Translations under genes and position numbers: made by a program
Notes under the pieces: generated by a model
Seen by the model: the letters and a program-made list of their open reading frames with translations, nothing else
Databases searched by the model: none
Told to the model about the DNA's origin: nothing
Part shown: positions 10,224 to 19,062 of the stretch, piece by piece
How positions within the stretch are numbered: position 1 is the stretch's first letter
Layout of the letters: each line of letters opens with the position of its first letter
Assembly (NCBI GenBank): GCA_036405415.1
Contig: DASWXP010000002.1
Location: 556,450 to 620,449, forward strand
DNA: 64,000 bases
Source of the DNA: Minisyncoccota bacterium
Lineage (GTDB): Bacteria; Patescibacteriota; Minisyncoccia; Phycocordibacterales; Phycocordibacteraceae
Direction of reading: 5' to 3'

Positions 10224-11161
10224 GATGGCTTGAAGTAATCGTGATCCTTAAGAAGGGTTCGGAGATCTTCCTTTGAAATGACACAGTCTTCGGACGAGAG
10301 TCCGTTCTTCGGAAGCCTGCCTTCATGGTACACGTTCCGATAGTGGAGGAGGTATTTTTTGTTGGCTTCATCGTACGTCGCGCGCTCCATCTCATACGGA
10401 GAGATCATCTGCTCATGGGTCTTCTCTGAGATACGAGGCACGCCGAGCTGCCAAGTGAGACTGAACTCCTCTTGGTATATCTCAAAGAGGTCCTTCACCT
10501 TGAAGGCAGGGAGATCAGGGACGATATTGAAGCCAGTCTTCTCGAGTGCATACTCTATGCAGTCGATCGCCTCTTCAATATCGATCATGAATCGCGTCAT
10601 GTCCTCGGAGTAGAGGGTGAGAGGGTACTGCTTGCCGATCGAATCCCAGATGAGTGGGATGATAGAGCCAGTAGAGTTAAGGACATTGCCGTAGATCACG
10701 GAGGTAAGCCGACACGACTCCTCCTCTGCATTGAGCGTGAATGCCTCTCCCGCCACGAACTTCATGGCGCCGTACAGCGTCGTAGCGCAACGACTCTTGT
10801 CGGTCGAAATAAATGCCGCGGCTTTGAGCCCGTTATCGATAGCTGCCTTGCGGGAGTTCATTGCACCGTGGATGATGACCTGCAACGCCTCTTCCACATT
10901 CTGATCCACCGCCTCGATCTGCTTGAGTGAAGCCGCGAATATGCCGATAGTGTGTCCCGCCACGGAGCGGTGCAAGAGCTCGGCGTTTCGAATGTCGCCG
11001 ATGATGCAGCGCACCCTTGGGAAACGCTTTTTAAGGTAGTAATGCTTCGATTCGTCGCGACTGAAGATCGTGATGTCGTTGTGCTCGTAAAAGCGCTTCA
11101 CCAGGTTCCTTCCCAGATATCCCGCGCCGCCGGTAATGAATATCTTCTCGCCTTTGATCAT
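10220..11161 (-). CDS. UDP-HexNAc 4,6-dehydratase (CapD/PseB/FnlA-like polysaccharide biosynthesis protein)
   Basis: ITGGAGYLG, FSRDESK, STDKS, YGAMK, YGNVLNSTGSIIP, MTRF. Confidence 0.88.
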   Translation of the reverse strand: MIKGEKIFITGGAGYLGRNLVKRFYEHNDITIFSRDESKHYYLKKRFPRVRCIIGDIRNAELLHRSVAGHTIGIFAASLKQIEAVDQNVEEALQVIIHGAMNSRKAAIDNGLKAAAFISTDKSRCATTLYGAMKFVAGEAFTLNAEEESCRLTSVIYGNVLNSTGSIIPLIWDSIGKQYPLTLYSEDMTRFMIDIEEAIDCIEYALEKTGFNIVPDLPAFKVKDLFEIYQEEFSLTWQLGVPRISEKTHEQMISPYEMERATYDEANKKYLLHYRNVYHEGRLPKNGLSSEDCVISKEDLRTLLKDHDYFKPS

Positions 11162-11297
11162 GTATGGAGTATATAACCCGCTTGTTTGAATAATAGTAGC
11201 ACCGATTCCCCGGGGGACCACCTAATTGACATCCCATACTCTACTGGTGAAAAGAAATCACATCGCCTTGGGTATTCATTGTTATACTCAAGCCACA

Positions 11298-12329
11298 ATG
11301 ACTACCCGTCGCGTAACTGTCGTAACTGTTGTGTTTGGGGACCGGTGGGACCTTCTTCGTCAGGTTGCAGATTCTCTACTCCCAGATCCTCTCGCCACCA
11401 CGTTTGTCATTGTAGATAACGGCTGCACGGACCGAGAGTTAATGGATGCTTACGCAGCCAACCACCCGGATCGAGTAGTGGTGCTGAGACAGGAAGAGAA
11501 TATTGGCTACTCGGGTGCGATACGCAAAGGTCTCGAGTACGCGCGTACTACCGACTGCGACCGCGTGTTCGTGCTCGACGACGACTCGGTCCCTGAGCCG
11601 GGAGCCATAGGCCGCCTGTATGAGAACCTGGCGTTTTTCCCGGAGCCCGAGAAGATTGTTCTCGCAGGCAACCGCATCGACGTGGCTGACAACGCAAAGG
11701 TCTTCAATCGGTTGCCGTCAAAAACCCTGATGCCTAAAGGTACGCTTTTCGAAGTGTTCTCATTTAGGAAGTTCGTATCGCTCGTGCGGCTCCTCCTCAG
11801 AATACCGAAGCCGGCTGGAGACCCGTATCTTCCTATGGTCCCGCTCGAAGCACTCGTAACCGGCGGGTCGTTCATTCCTATCGGTGCTATCCGCACGACC
11901 GAGCTTCCTGACCCTGAGCTCTTCCTGTATGGCGAGGATCTTGAGTTCTCCTGGCGTATGCGGCGGAACGGATACTCCTGCTACGTGTGTGCACAGCCGG
12001 TGATACGTGATATCGATCTCACATTCTCAAAAGAGGGGGATCATATCTTTGACCTTTTCGAGTCTAAGTTTAGGGACTACAAGGTGTATTTCCGCATCCG
12101 GAACGCAGTCATCATATCTCGTAGGAACACTATCCAGGCGCCTCCGGTGCTTTTAGCGAATGTGCTTATCTGGACGGCAGGTCTCATTGCCATCGGTTTC
12201 TTCGCGAAGGGCCTCTCAAAAACGTTCTTTAAGAGGGCGCGAATCATACTCCGTGCGGTGCGCGACGGCTACGGCTCGGAACGTACGCCCCCGCCGTTTA
12301 TCGAGATACCGGGACGGAAGCGCGCTTAG
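11298..12329 (+). CDS. GT2 glycosyltransferase (rhamnosyltransferase-like)
   Basis: VIVDNG, ENIGYSG, LDDDS, FLYGEDLEFSWR, YFRIRN. Confidence 0.85.
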   Translation: MTTRRVTVVTVVFGDRWDLLRQVADSLLPDPLATTFVIVDNGCTDRELMDAYAANHPDRVVVLRQEENIGYSGAIRKGLEYARTTDCDRVFVLDDDSVPEPGAIGRLYENLAFFPEPEKIVLAGNRIDVADNAKVFNRLPSKTLMPKGTLFEVFSFRKFVSLVRLLLRIPKPAGDPYLPMVPLEALVTGGSFIPIGAIRTTELPDPELFLYGEDLEFSWRMRRNGYSCYVCAQPVIRDIDLTFSKEGDHIFDLFESKFRDYKVYFRIRNAVIISRRNTIQAPPVLLANVLIWTAGLIAIGFFAKGLSKTFFKRARIILRAVRDGYGSERTPPPFIEIPGRKRA

Positions 12330-13101
12330 GTATGCACATCCTTCCAAAGCGGAGCGCCATATAGACGAAGAGGGCGAGGTTCCAGAGGTTTCGAGATCCA
12401 ATCTCGCGCGTAAGACGCGCGTACAGCCCGAGCCTAGAGCGGAACGATGCGCGCTCATGCGTGACGCCCCCTGGCAGATACCCTTCCGAATATGTTCCCG
12501 GAAAGGGTAGGTACGTGAACCGGGGACATGCTCTCGCTATCTGCGAGAAGAAAAACCACTCCTCGCCATTCTTTGCCGAAGAAGGGAAGACGCATGCCAG
12601 CGCGTGCACCGAGTTGATGCAATGCGTCGCATCTCCGCTGAATCTCTTCGTTATGAGGTACTCGCGATAATAGGAGACCTCGGAACAGCCCGTGCGGTTC
12701 TTCGTGAGCCGTGTACCGCTAGAGAGGACCCGGTCTGACACAAGCCAGCCATATGGTCGTTCTGAGAGCGTTCTTGCAAACTGCTCAAGGCAGTCGCTAT
12801 CGAGCCAGTCATCGTCATCAAGGAGAATGATGTACCCTTTAAATCCTGAATTTCGCAGGTGCGCGAGTGCAGCATTGAGGGATGCGTTCTTTCCTTCGTT
12901 CTCGGTGTTGCGTATATATGTGATTCTTTTATCTTCAGCGACGGATCGTTCGAAATCGCCATAGGGAATCTCTGGTGAATCGTTCACGCATACGAGTTTC
13001 CATTCTGGATAGGATTGCGCGCGAATGCTCTCAAGGGCCCTTATGGCGAGCGCTTCGCGAGCGTGAGTAGGCATGAGCACGGCGAATCGGACGGGTAGCA
13101 T
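12298..13101 (-). CDS. GT2 glycosyltransferase
   Basis: VLMPTH.R, SIRAQSY, VNDS, LLDDDD. Confidence 0.82.
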   Translation of the reverse strand: MLPVRFAVLMPTHAREALAIRALESIRAQSYPEWKLVCVNDSPEIPYGDFERSVAEDKRITYIRNTENEGKNASLNAALAHLRNSGFKGYIILLDDDDWLDSDCLEQFARTLSERPYGWLVSDRVLSSGTRLTKNRTGCSEVSYYREYLITKRFSGDATHCINSVHALACVFPSSAKNGEEWFFFSQIARACPRFTYLPFPGTYSEGYLPGGVTHERASFRSRLGLYARLTREIGSRNLWNLALFVYMALRFGRMCIPKRASVPVSR

Positions 13102-13112
13102 AGTGTGATATC

Positions 13113-13997
13113 GTGCGAAAAGCATACCACTTCATGCAACATGCCATGAGCCACCTTACCCATATTTGGAAGAACCGACTGTCTAAATTCAGGGACAACC
13201 CAGGAGGCATTTGGCCGTTTCTTAAGAAGCGGCTCTACTACAACTTCGTTGCGGACCGCTATCTCGGCGCGTACAAGGATTTCCAATATTTGAATTACGA
13301 AGAGACTATCGACACTGCGATTCGCGAGAACAGGTCTGTTGTGCGTTTCGGTGACGAGCTCTTTGACATGCTCCAGGGCATTGGCTTGTACTTCGGGAAC
13401 TGGCGCCAGCGCTATCATCCCGAGCTCGCAGGCCGGCTCAAGGAAATCATCTCGTCGGAAGACGAGCGTCTCCTTATCTGTTTCAATCCGGAGCTCATAC
13501 TCAAGACTAGAAAGGAATTCCGCGACATGGGTATCCCTGAGCAGTATCAGTTCTGGACGAACTCGAAGATGTTCCTGAGGAAGTATTATCACCCACACAT
13601 TGTGTATGGCAGCGCGCTCTCGTTTCATACCCGCTATAATCCTGATCTGGATTTCGAGAAGCTCGGACGTTACTTCGCCACTAAGGATGTGATCATTGTT
13701 ACTTCGGATACGGCTCGGTTCGAGGGACTCTCTCTCGGTAAAAGCACTGCGTTCATAGAGGCGCCTGCGAGCGATGCCTGGGACCGGTACGCAGAGATCT
13801 ATCAGGAGATAGTCCGTCGCATTAAGGCGGGACATCTCTACACGAAAGACGTGCTCGTCATGGTCTCCATGGGAAGCGCTGCCAAGGTGCTTGTCTACGA
13901 TCTTACGAAGGCCGGATATGTGGCATGGGATACGGGCCAGTTCTTCGACTTAGCCTCAAAGAGGATCAATGCGCTCGGGGGCAGGTCAGCTTCCTAG
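13113..13997 (+). CDS. Second GT-D fold glycosyltransferase (DUF1792/GT101); true start may be a downstream ATG
   Basis: SVVRFGDE, LAGRLKEI, SMGSAAKVL.YDL, WDTGQ. Confidence 0.78.
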   Translation: MRKAYHFMQHAMSHLTHIWKNRLSKFRDNPGGIWPFLKKRLYYNFVADRYLGAYKDFQYLNYEETIDTAIRENRSVVRFGDELFDMLQGIGLYFGNWRQRYHPELAGRLKEIISSEDERLLICFNPELILKTRKEFRDMGIPEQYQFWTNSKMFLRKYYHPHIVYGSALSFHTRYNPDLDFEKLGRYFATKDVIIVTSDTARFEGLSLGKSTAFIEAPASDAWDRYAEIYQEIVRRIKAGHLYTKDVLVMVSMGSAAKVLVYDLTKAGYVAWDTGQFFDLASKRINALGGRSAS

Positions 13998-15350
13998 TGG
14001 GTTCCCAGGAAGATCAACAGCGAGTCTCGAGTCTCCCTTTTGAGGGGTCGAAGACCGTCGGACGAAGAGAATAAATAGAGGCACGAGACTGTAGGAGAGC
14101 ACTGTTGCATACGCCGCGCCGAGGATTCCGTATGCCGGTATCCAAAGTAGGTTGCAGACGATATTCACGGTCATGGGCACGAGCGCCGAAAGGACCAACA
14201 CAAGTCGCTTGTTCTTTGTGGTGAGATAGGTGTGGACGAGGATACTGAGCGAGGTACCAACGAACGACCATATATAGACTTGGAGCACGGGTATCGTGGC
14301 TGCGAATTCAGGGCCGTACAGGAGTGGCACGACAAACGGCGCGAGGAGCATCACGAACATGGAGATTCCTACGGGAATAGCGACGAATAGCCAGCTTATG
14401 CGGAGCATCCTTCTTTCGAATACGCGCTCGTCAGACCGGTGCGCGTTTACAATGGCGGGAAAGAGGGCTGATGCGATCGCGCCAGGAATGAAATTCCAGA
14501 GATCCGTAAGTCGTACCGCCGCATCATAAATGCCCACAGCCTCTGCATCAATAAAATGCTTGATAAATACCTGGTCGATGCGGGCATAGATAACTGTGAA
14601 CGCGCTCAGGAACATAATCGGAAGCGAGTCAGCGAGCAGGCGCCGTGCGAGCGTCGGCTCCCATACCCAGTCCCTGAGGCGGTTATGGAAGCGCGTCCGA
14701 TAGAGGTATACGTACATGACCGCATAAAGCGCCGGTTCAAGAAGGAGAATGAGTGCGAGGTATATCACTCCTTCTCCGGCGAGCATAACGCACACCTTGA
14801 GTATATTGAGCACTATCGTGGCCAGTATCGAGATGAGCGTTGGATACTTTGATTCGGCTCGCGCAAGAAATGCAAAAGAGATCACCTGGAATGGAACAAG
14901 AATGAAGGTACCAGCAAGTATGAGAATAAGAATGCGTGAGACGTCATCCGCGGCGACAGTCGCAGCAAGCACTCCCGCAACGACAGCAGTCAGGATCCCG
15001 GCGCCCATTCGCAGCACGAACGAAGTGCCGAGAAGCTGCGAGCGCTTCTCAGGCTCCTTGATGAGTTCACGGAAGAGGATGGTATCAAGCCCAAGTGGCG
15101 CCAAGAACCCAACCAGTCCTACAACGCTGAGCGCATAACTTATCTGCCCATAGTTTTCAGGTCCGAGGTTCCGAGCGATAAACAGGGTCGCTAGGAAGGA
15201 GATGCCGAGTGTAAGCATCCTCCCGCCTAGGAGCCAAGTGGCATTCTTGAAGTATCTTCGAAAACCCTGGTGTATCCAGGCCAGGCGCAGGAGCGCGAGG
15301 GGTCGAGCGAGGATGGGGAGACGGCTCATGAGATGGGTAAATCGTAGCAT
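13986..15350 (-). CDS. wzx: Wzx-type oligosaccharide flippase
   Basis: FKNATWL, ARNLGPENYG, RIDQVFI..VGIY.AA.RL, IPAYGILGAAYAT; many hydrophobic segments. Confidence 0.85.
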   Translation of the reverse strand: MLRFTHLMSRLPILARPLALLRLAWIHQGFRRYFKNATWLLGGRMLTLGISFLATLFIARNLGPENYGQISYALSVVGLVGFLAPLGLDTILFRELIKEPEKRSQLLGTSFVLRMGAGILTAVVAGVLAATVAADDVSRILILILAGTFILVPFQVISFAFLARAESKYPTLISILATIVLNILKVCVMLAGEGVIYLALILLLEPALYAVMYVYLYRTRFHNRLRDWVWEPTLARRLLADSLPIMFLSAFTVIYARIDQVFIKHFIDAEAVGIYDAAVRLTDLWNFIPGAIASALFPAIVNAHRSDERVFERRMLRISWLFVAIPVGISMFVMLLAPFVVPLLYGPEFAATIPVLQVYIWSFVGTSLSILVHTYLTTKNKRLVLVLSALVPMTVNIVCNLLWIPAYGILGAAYATVLSYSLVPLFILFVRRSSTPQKGDSRLAVDLPGNPLGS

Positions 15351-15433
15351 CTTGGAAAGGGGTATTGGATATAACCTCGTTGCCCAGGGATTCGTGGCAG
15401 AAATCGGAAATCGAGTAGTATACTGGCCGCATC

Positions 15434-17614
15434 ATGAAAGACGCCGCCCGATGGACCGCTTTGCTAGCCTTGTTCGCGATCCCGTTCCTACCCTTATATG
15501 TATCGAATGAACTTTTCTTCCCGTTCATTACCGGGAAGAACTTCGCGTTCAGGATTCTCGTTGAAATCGCTTTCGTAGCGTATGGATTCCTCGCGCTTGT
15601 AGACAGACGGTATCGTCCGAAGTATTCGCATGTGTTGGCGGCATTCGGCGGGCTCGTTGCTTGGACAGCTGTTGCGAACATGCTCGGCGTGCTCCCGATG
15701 AAAGCGTTCTGGAGTAACTTCGAGCGCATGGACGGGTGGGTGACTCTGGTGCATCTCTTCCTATTCTTCGTCGTGGCGGGCGCAGTGCTTTCGGTTGAGC
15801 GGCTGTGGCGGCGCTGGTGGCTCTTCTTTGTATCTGTTGCGGCGGTAGTGTGTCTTTACGGACTGGTGCAGCTTGGGGGCGGTGCGGAAATCCACCAGGG
15901 AGGCGTGCGTCTCACTGGAACGCTCGGTAACGCTATCTACCTCGCGGTGTACCTCATGTTTGCGATATTCATTTCGTGCTGGCTTGCGGTCCGCTCTAAA
16001 GGCTGGCTTCGCTGGTCGCTTATCGGTTTTATAGCACTCGCGTTCGTCATCATGTTCTTCACCGGATCGCGCGGTCCGCTCGTCGGCCTCATTGCAGGCA
16101 CCATCTCCGGCGCGGGACTGTGGCTCTTCCTCGCTCGTAAGGAGTGGGGTAAAGGCGCTGCAGCGACCGGCATCAAGATTGCGCTCGGAAGCGTCGCTGC
16201 GCTCGTGCTTGCAGGCGGACTGCTGTTTTCGCTCAAGGATAGCGACACCGTTACCGGAAACCCGTTCCTTTCGCGTGCAGCATCCCTCTTCTCAGTGGGA
16301 AGCGAGCTCGAAGTTCGCGAAAAGCTCTGGGGAATCGCGTTCAAGGGTGTAGCGGAGGATCCGATTACCGGCTGGGGTCAGGAAGGGTTCAATCAGGTCT
16401 TCAACAAGTATTACGATCCTTCGCTCTACGATCAGGAGGCGTGGTTCGATCGTGCGCACAACATGTACATCGACTGGTTCGTTGCAGGCGGTATCCCTGC
16501 CGGGCTCCTATTCCTTGCGCTTCTCGGCCTCGGATTCACCGCGCTCGTACGCCTCCCGGGGGCGTCCCGTGCGGAGCGAGTATTCCTTGTTTCTGCATTC
16601 GTAGCATATGCAGTTCAGGCGATCGTAGTGTTCGACAATCTCTTTAGCTACGTACCGCTCATGATGCTCCTTGCGATGGCACATGCGCAGTCGGGCAGGA
16701 ATGTCCGCGCACTCAGTAATGCACCTGAAATGGATGCTGAGAGTACCCGGGGTTATGCAGTCGCGAGTGCGGGGGCTATCATCCTTATCGCCATCATTTG
16801 GACGGTGAATGTGTCAGGAATTCAAGCCGCCAATCATCTCGTCTATGCGCTTTCCTCAGGTCAGAGCGCCACATCGAGCCTTGCTCGATTCGAGGAAGCG
16901 CTCGCGGCAGACTCTTTCGCGTCACAAGAGATCCGAGAACAATTCTCTTCAGCCGCCACATCGCTTAGTGAGAACGAAGCCATACCGGAGCAGATTCGTA
17001 AGGAATTTCTCGTTCGTGCAGCGGAAGAGATGAATAAAGAGGTAGCTTCGTCTCCTAACGATGCGCGTTTGCGTGTACAGTACGCTTCGCTTCTCAAAGC
17101 AGCAGGGGACATAGAAGGAGCGCTAACACAGTATCAAGCGGCGCTCGCGCTTTCTCCGAAGAAGCAGGCAATCTATGTGACGCGCGGATTCATGTTCCAC
17201 GACCTTGGCGATAATGAGTCAGCTCAGCGTGACTTCATATATGCATATGAGCTCGATCCTTCTTTCCCGTCGCTCAATACCAGTATCGCTGCCGGCTTAA
17301 TAATCACAGGCGACGTGGCTAAAGGTAAGGAGATAGCCATGGAGGTATTCAGTACGACTACACCTGACGATGATTCGTTGTTCCTAGCATACTACCGGAC
17401 AAAGGCATGGAACGACCTTATCGCGGTGGCGCGTGCAGGAGTTCTTGCGCGCAGCAACGAGCCTGAGGCGCACTACAGACTTGCGCAGGCGTATGCTGCT
17501 GCAGGTCGTATGGCAGAAGCGCGCGCACAGATCGTACAGACAGTAAAGTCATTCCCTGCGACGCGTGAGCTTGGAGAAGCGCTCATGCAAGAGATCTTCG
17601 GCCAGGCACGATGA
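15434..17614 (+). CDS. O-antigen ligase/polymerase (Wzy_C) family membrane protein with C-terminal TPR repeats
   Basis: Multiple TM segments; GTLGN, TGSRG, PITGWG, DRAHN; C-terminal TPR-like helices (YQAALALSP, AHYRLAQAY). Confidence 0.82.
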   Translation: MKDAARWTALLALFAIPFLPLYVSNELFFPFITGKNFAFRILVEIAFVAYGFLALVDRRYRPKYSHVLAAFGGLVAWTAVANMLGVLPMKAFWSNFERMDGWVTLVHLFLFFVVAGAVLSVERLWRRWWLFFVSVAAVVCLYGLVQLGGGAEIHQGGVRLTGTLGNAIYLAVYLMFAIFISCWLAVRSKGWLRWSLIGFIALAFVIMFFTGSRGPLVGLIAGTISGAGLWLFLARKEWGKGAAATGIKIALGSVAALVLAGGLLFSLKDSDTVTGNPFLSRAASLFSVGSELEVREKLWGIAFKGVAEDPITGWGQEGFNQVFNKYYDPSLYDQEAWFDRAHNMYIDWFVAGGIPAGLLFLALLGLGFTALVRLPGASRAERVFLVSAFVAYAVQAIVVFDNLFSYVPLMMLLAMAHAQSGRNVRALSNAPEMDAESTRGYAVASAGAIILIAIIWTVNVSGIQAANHLVYALSSGQSATSSLARFEEALAADSFASQEIREQFSSAATSLSENEAIPEQIRKEFLVRAAEEMNKEVASSPNDARLRVQYASLLKAAGDIEGALTQYQAALALSPKKQAIYVTRGFMFHDLGDNESAQRDFIYAYELDPSFPSLNTSIAAGLIITGDVAKGKEIAMEVFSTTTPDDDSLFLAYYRTKAWNDLIAVARAGVLARSNEPEAHYRLAQAYAAAGRMAEARAQIVQTVKSFPATRELGEALMQEIFGQAR

Positions 17615-18621
17615 TGCCCAAGGAACAGATCCTGTTCGCAGGACTCACTACGCTTCGGGTAGGAGGCCCGATTCATGATCTGTTCGAGTGCACGTCCGAG
17701 AATGAGGTTCTGAACGCGATTACGTTTGCACAAGCAAAGCACCTTCCGTGGAGAGTGCTCGGCGAGGGAAGTAACGTCCTGGCCTCAGACGAAGGGTTTG
17801 AAGGAGTCGTGATACTCATGCGTATTCCCGGCATGACGTTTACTGAAGAAGAATCCTTCTCGCTAGTTACCGCTGGTGCGGGCGTGCACTGGGATACGCT
17901 CGTCGAAGAGTGCGCGCAACGGGGACTGTGGGGCCTTGAGAACCTTGCAGGAATCCCTGGAACCGTTGGCGCCTCTCCAGTCCAGAATATTGGTGCGTAT
18001 GGTAGCGAAGTTAAGGACACCATTCATTCCGTAAGAGTCTTGAATACGCGCAGTAATGCTATTGAGGACATGGATAACGCTTCATGCGGCTTCGGATATA
18101 GAGATAGTCTGCTCAAGAGAGACTCAGCACTCATTATCCTAAGCGTCACCTTCAAGCTTTCAAGAAACAGTGCGCCAAGCCTCTCATATAAGGATCTTGC
18201 AGCACGTGCATCAGAAGGAGAGGACCTGTCTACTCCTGCGAAAATCGCAGCGGCAGTGCGCTCGATTCGCGCGCAGAAGTTTCCGGATTTGCATGAGTAC
18301 GGTACGGCGGGCTCCTTCTTTAAGAATCCAACCATTAGTACTGAAGCATACGAAAAGCTCGCATCAGAATACAAAGGGCTGCCAGGATTCCCGAACGCTG
18401 AAGGCGTGAAAATACCGCTCGCATTCGTGCTCGACAAAATTCTTAACCTTAGAGGATACCGAGAAGGAAATGTTTCTCTCTTTGAGCGTCAGCCGCTCGT
18501 ACTTGTCGCAGACCATGGTGCAACGCAGGAGGAGATCGATGCATTCGCGAATGAGATTGCACAACGTGTCTTTGACGCAACGAACATCACTACCGAAAGA
18601 GAAGTACGAACGTTTCCATAA
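17611..18621 (+). CDS. murB: UDP-N-acetylenolpyruvoylglucosamine reductase
   Basis: TTLRVGG, LGEGSNVL, GLENLAGIPGTVGA..VQNIGAYG, FGYRDS, AGSFFKNP. Confidence 0.95.
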   Translation: MMPKEQILFAGLTTLRVGGPIHDLFECTSENEVLNAITFAQAKHLPWRVLGEGSNVLASDEGFEGVVILMRIPGMTFTEEESFSLVTAGAGVHWDTLVEECAQRGLWGLENLAGIPGTVGASPVQNIGAYGSEVKDTIHSVRVLNTRSNAIEDMDNASCGFGYRDSLLKRDSALIILSVTFKLSRNSAPSLSYKDLAARASEGEDLSTPAKIAAAVRSIRAQKFPDLHEYGTAGSFFKNPTISTEAYEKLASEYKGLPGFPNAEGVKIPLAFVLDKILNLRGYREGNVSLFERQPLVLVADHGATQEEIDAFANEIAQRVFDATNITTEREVRTFP

Positions 18622-18658
18622 AAGTTTTTTTCTAAAAATTAATTTTTATTTTTAAAAC

Positions 18659-18667
18659 TTATCCACA
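18659..18667 (+). promoter_or_regulatory. Perfect DnaA-box consensus in AT-rich spacer
   Basis: TTATCCACA at 18659-18667; single copy, function unproven. Confidence 0.4.
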
Positions 18668-18804
18668 TATAAAAATATTTCTTACACAAAAAATATTTTT
18701 CAGACGCATACTTATCACTAACACGCATGTGTAAGAAATTTTCGTAAGAAAGATTCTTATCGTGCGGGTCGAAGATATCAGTCATAGCAAAACACTCGAG
18801 ACCT

Positions 18805-18978
18805 ATGGCAGCAAAGAAGAAGACCGTTCGCAAGGCAGCTAAGAAGTCGGTAAAGAAGGCAGCTCCTAAGAAGAAGACTGCAAAGAAGACCGTCAAGAAG
18901 GCAGCTAAGCGTCCGGCAGCAAAGAAGAAGGCTGCGAAGAAGGCTCCTGCGAAGCGCAAGACCGCGCGCCGCAAGTAG
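18805..18978 (+). CDS. Histone H1-like Lys/Ala-rich small DNA-binding protein, 57 aa (not in ORF track)
   Basis: Manual translation MAAKKKTVRKAAKKSVKKAAPKKKTAKKTVKKAAKRPAAKKKAAKKAPAKRKTARRK*; strongly biased AAG/GCW codons; followed by a terminator. Confidence 0.85.
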   Translation: MAAKKKTVRKAAKKSVKKAAPKKKTAKKTVKKAAKRPAAKKKAAKKAPAKRKTARRK

Positions 18979-19000
18979 CCCCTCTTCGACCCTCTTATGC

Positions 19001-19025
19001 AAAGCCTCCCGTACGGGAGGCTTTT
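19001..19025 (+). terminator. Intrinsic terminator after H1-like gene
   Basis: Perfect palindrome AAAGCCTCCCGTACGGGAGGCTTT followed by T. Confidence 0.7.
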
Positions 19026-19062
19026 GCGGTATAGTGGCCGATACCTATATATAGTTATTCCT

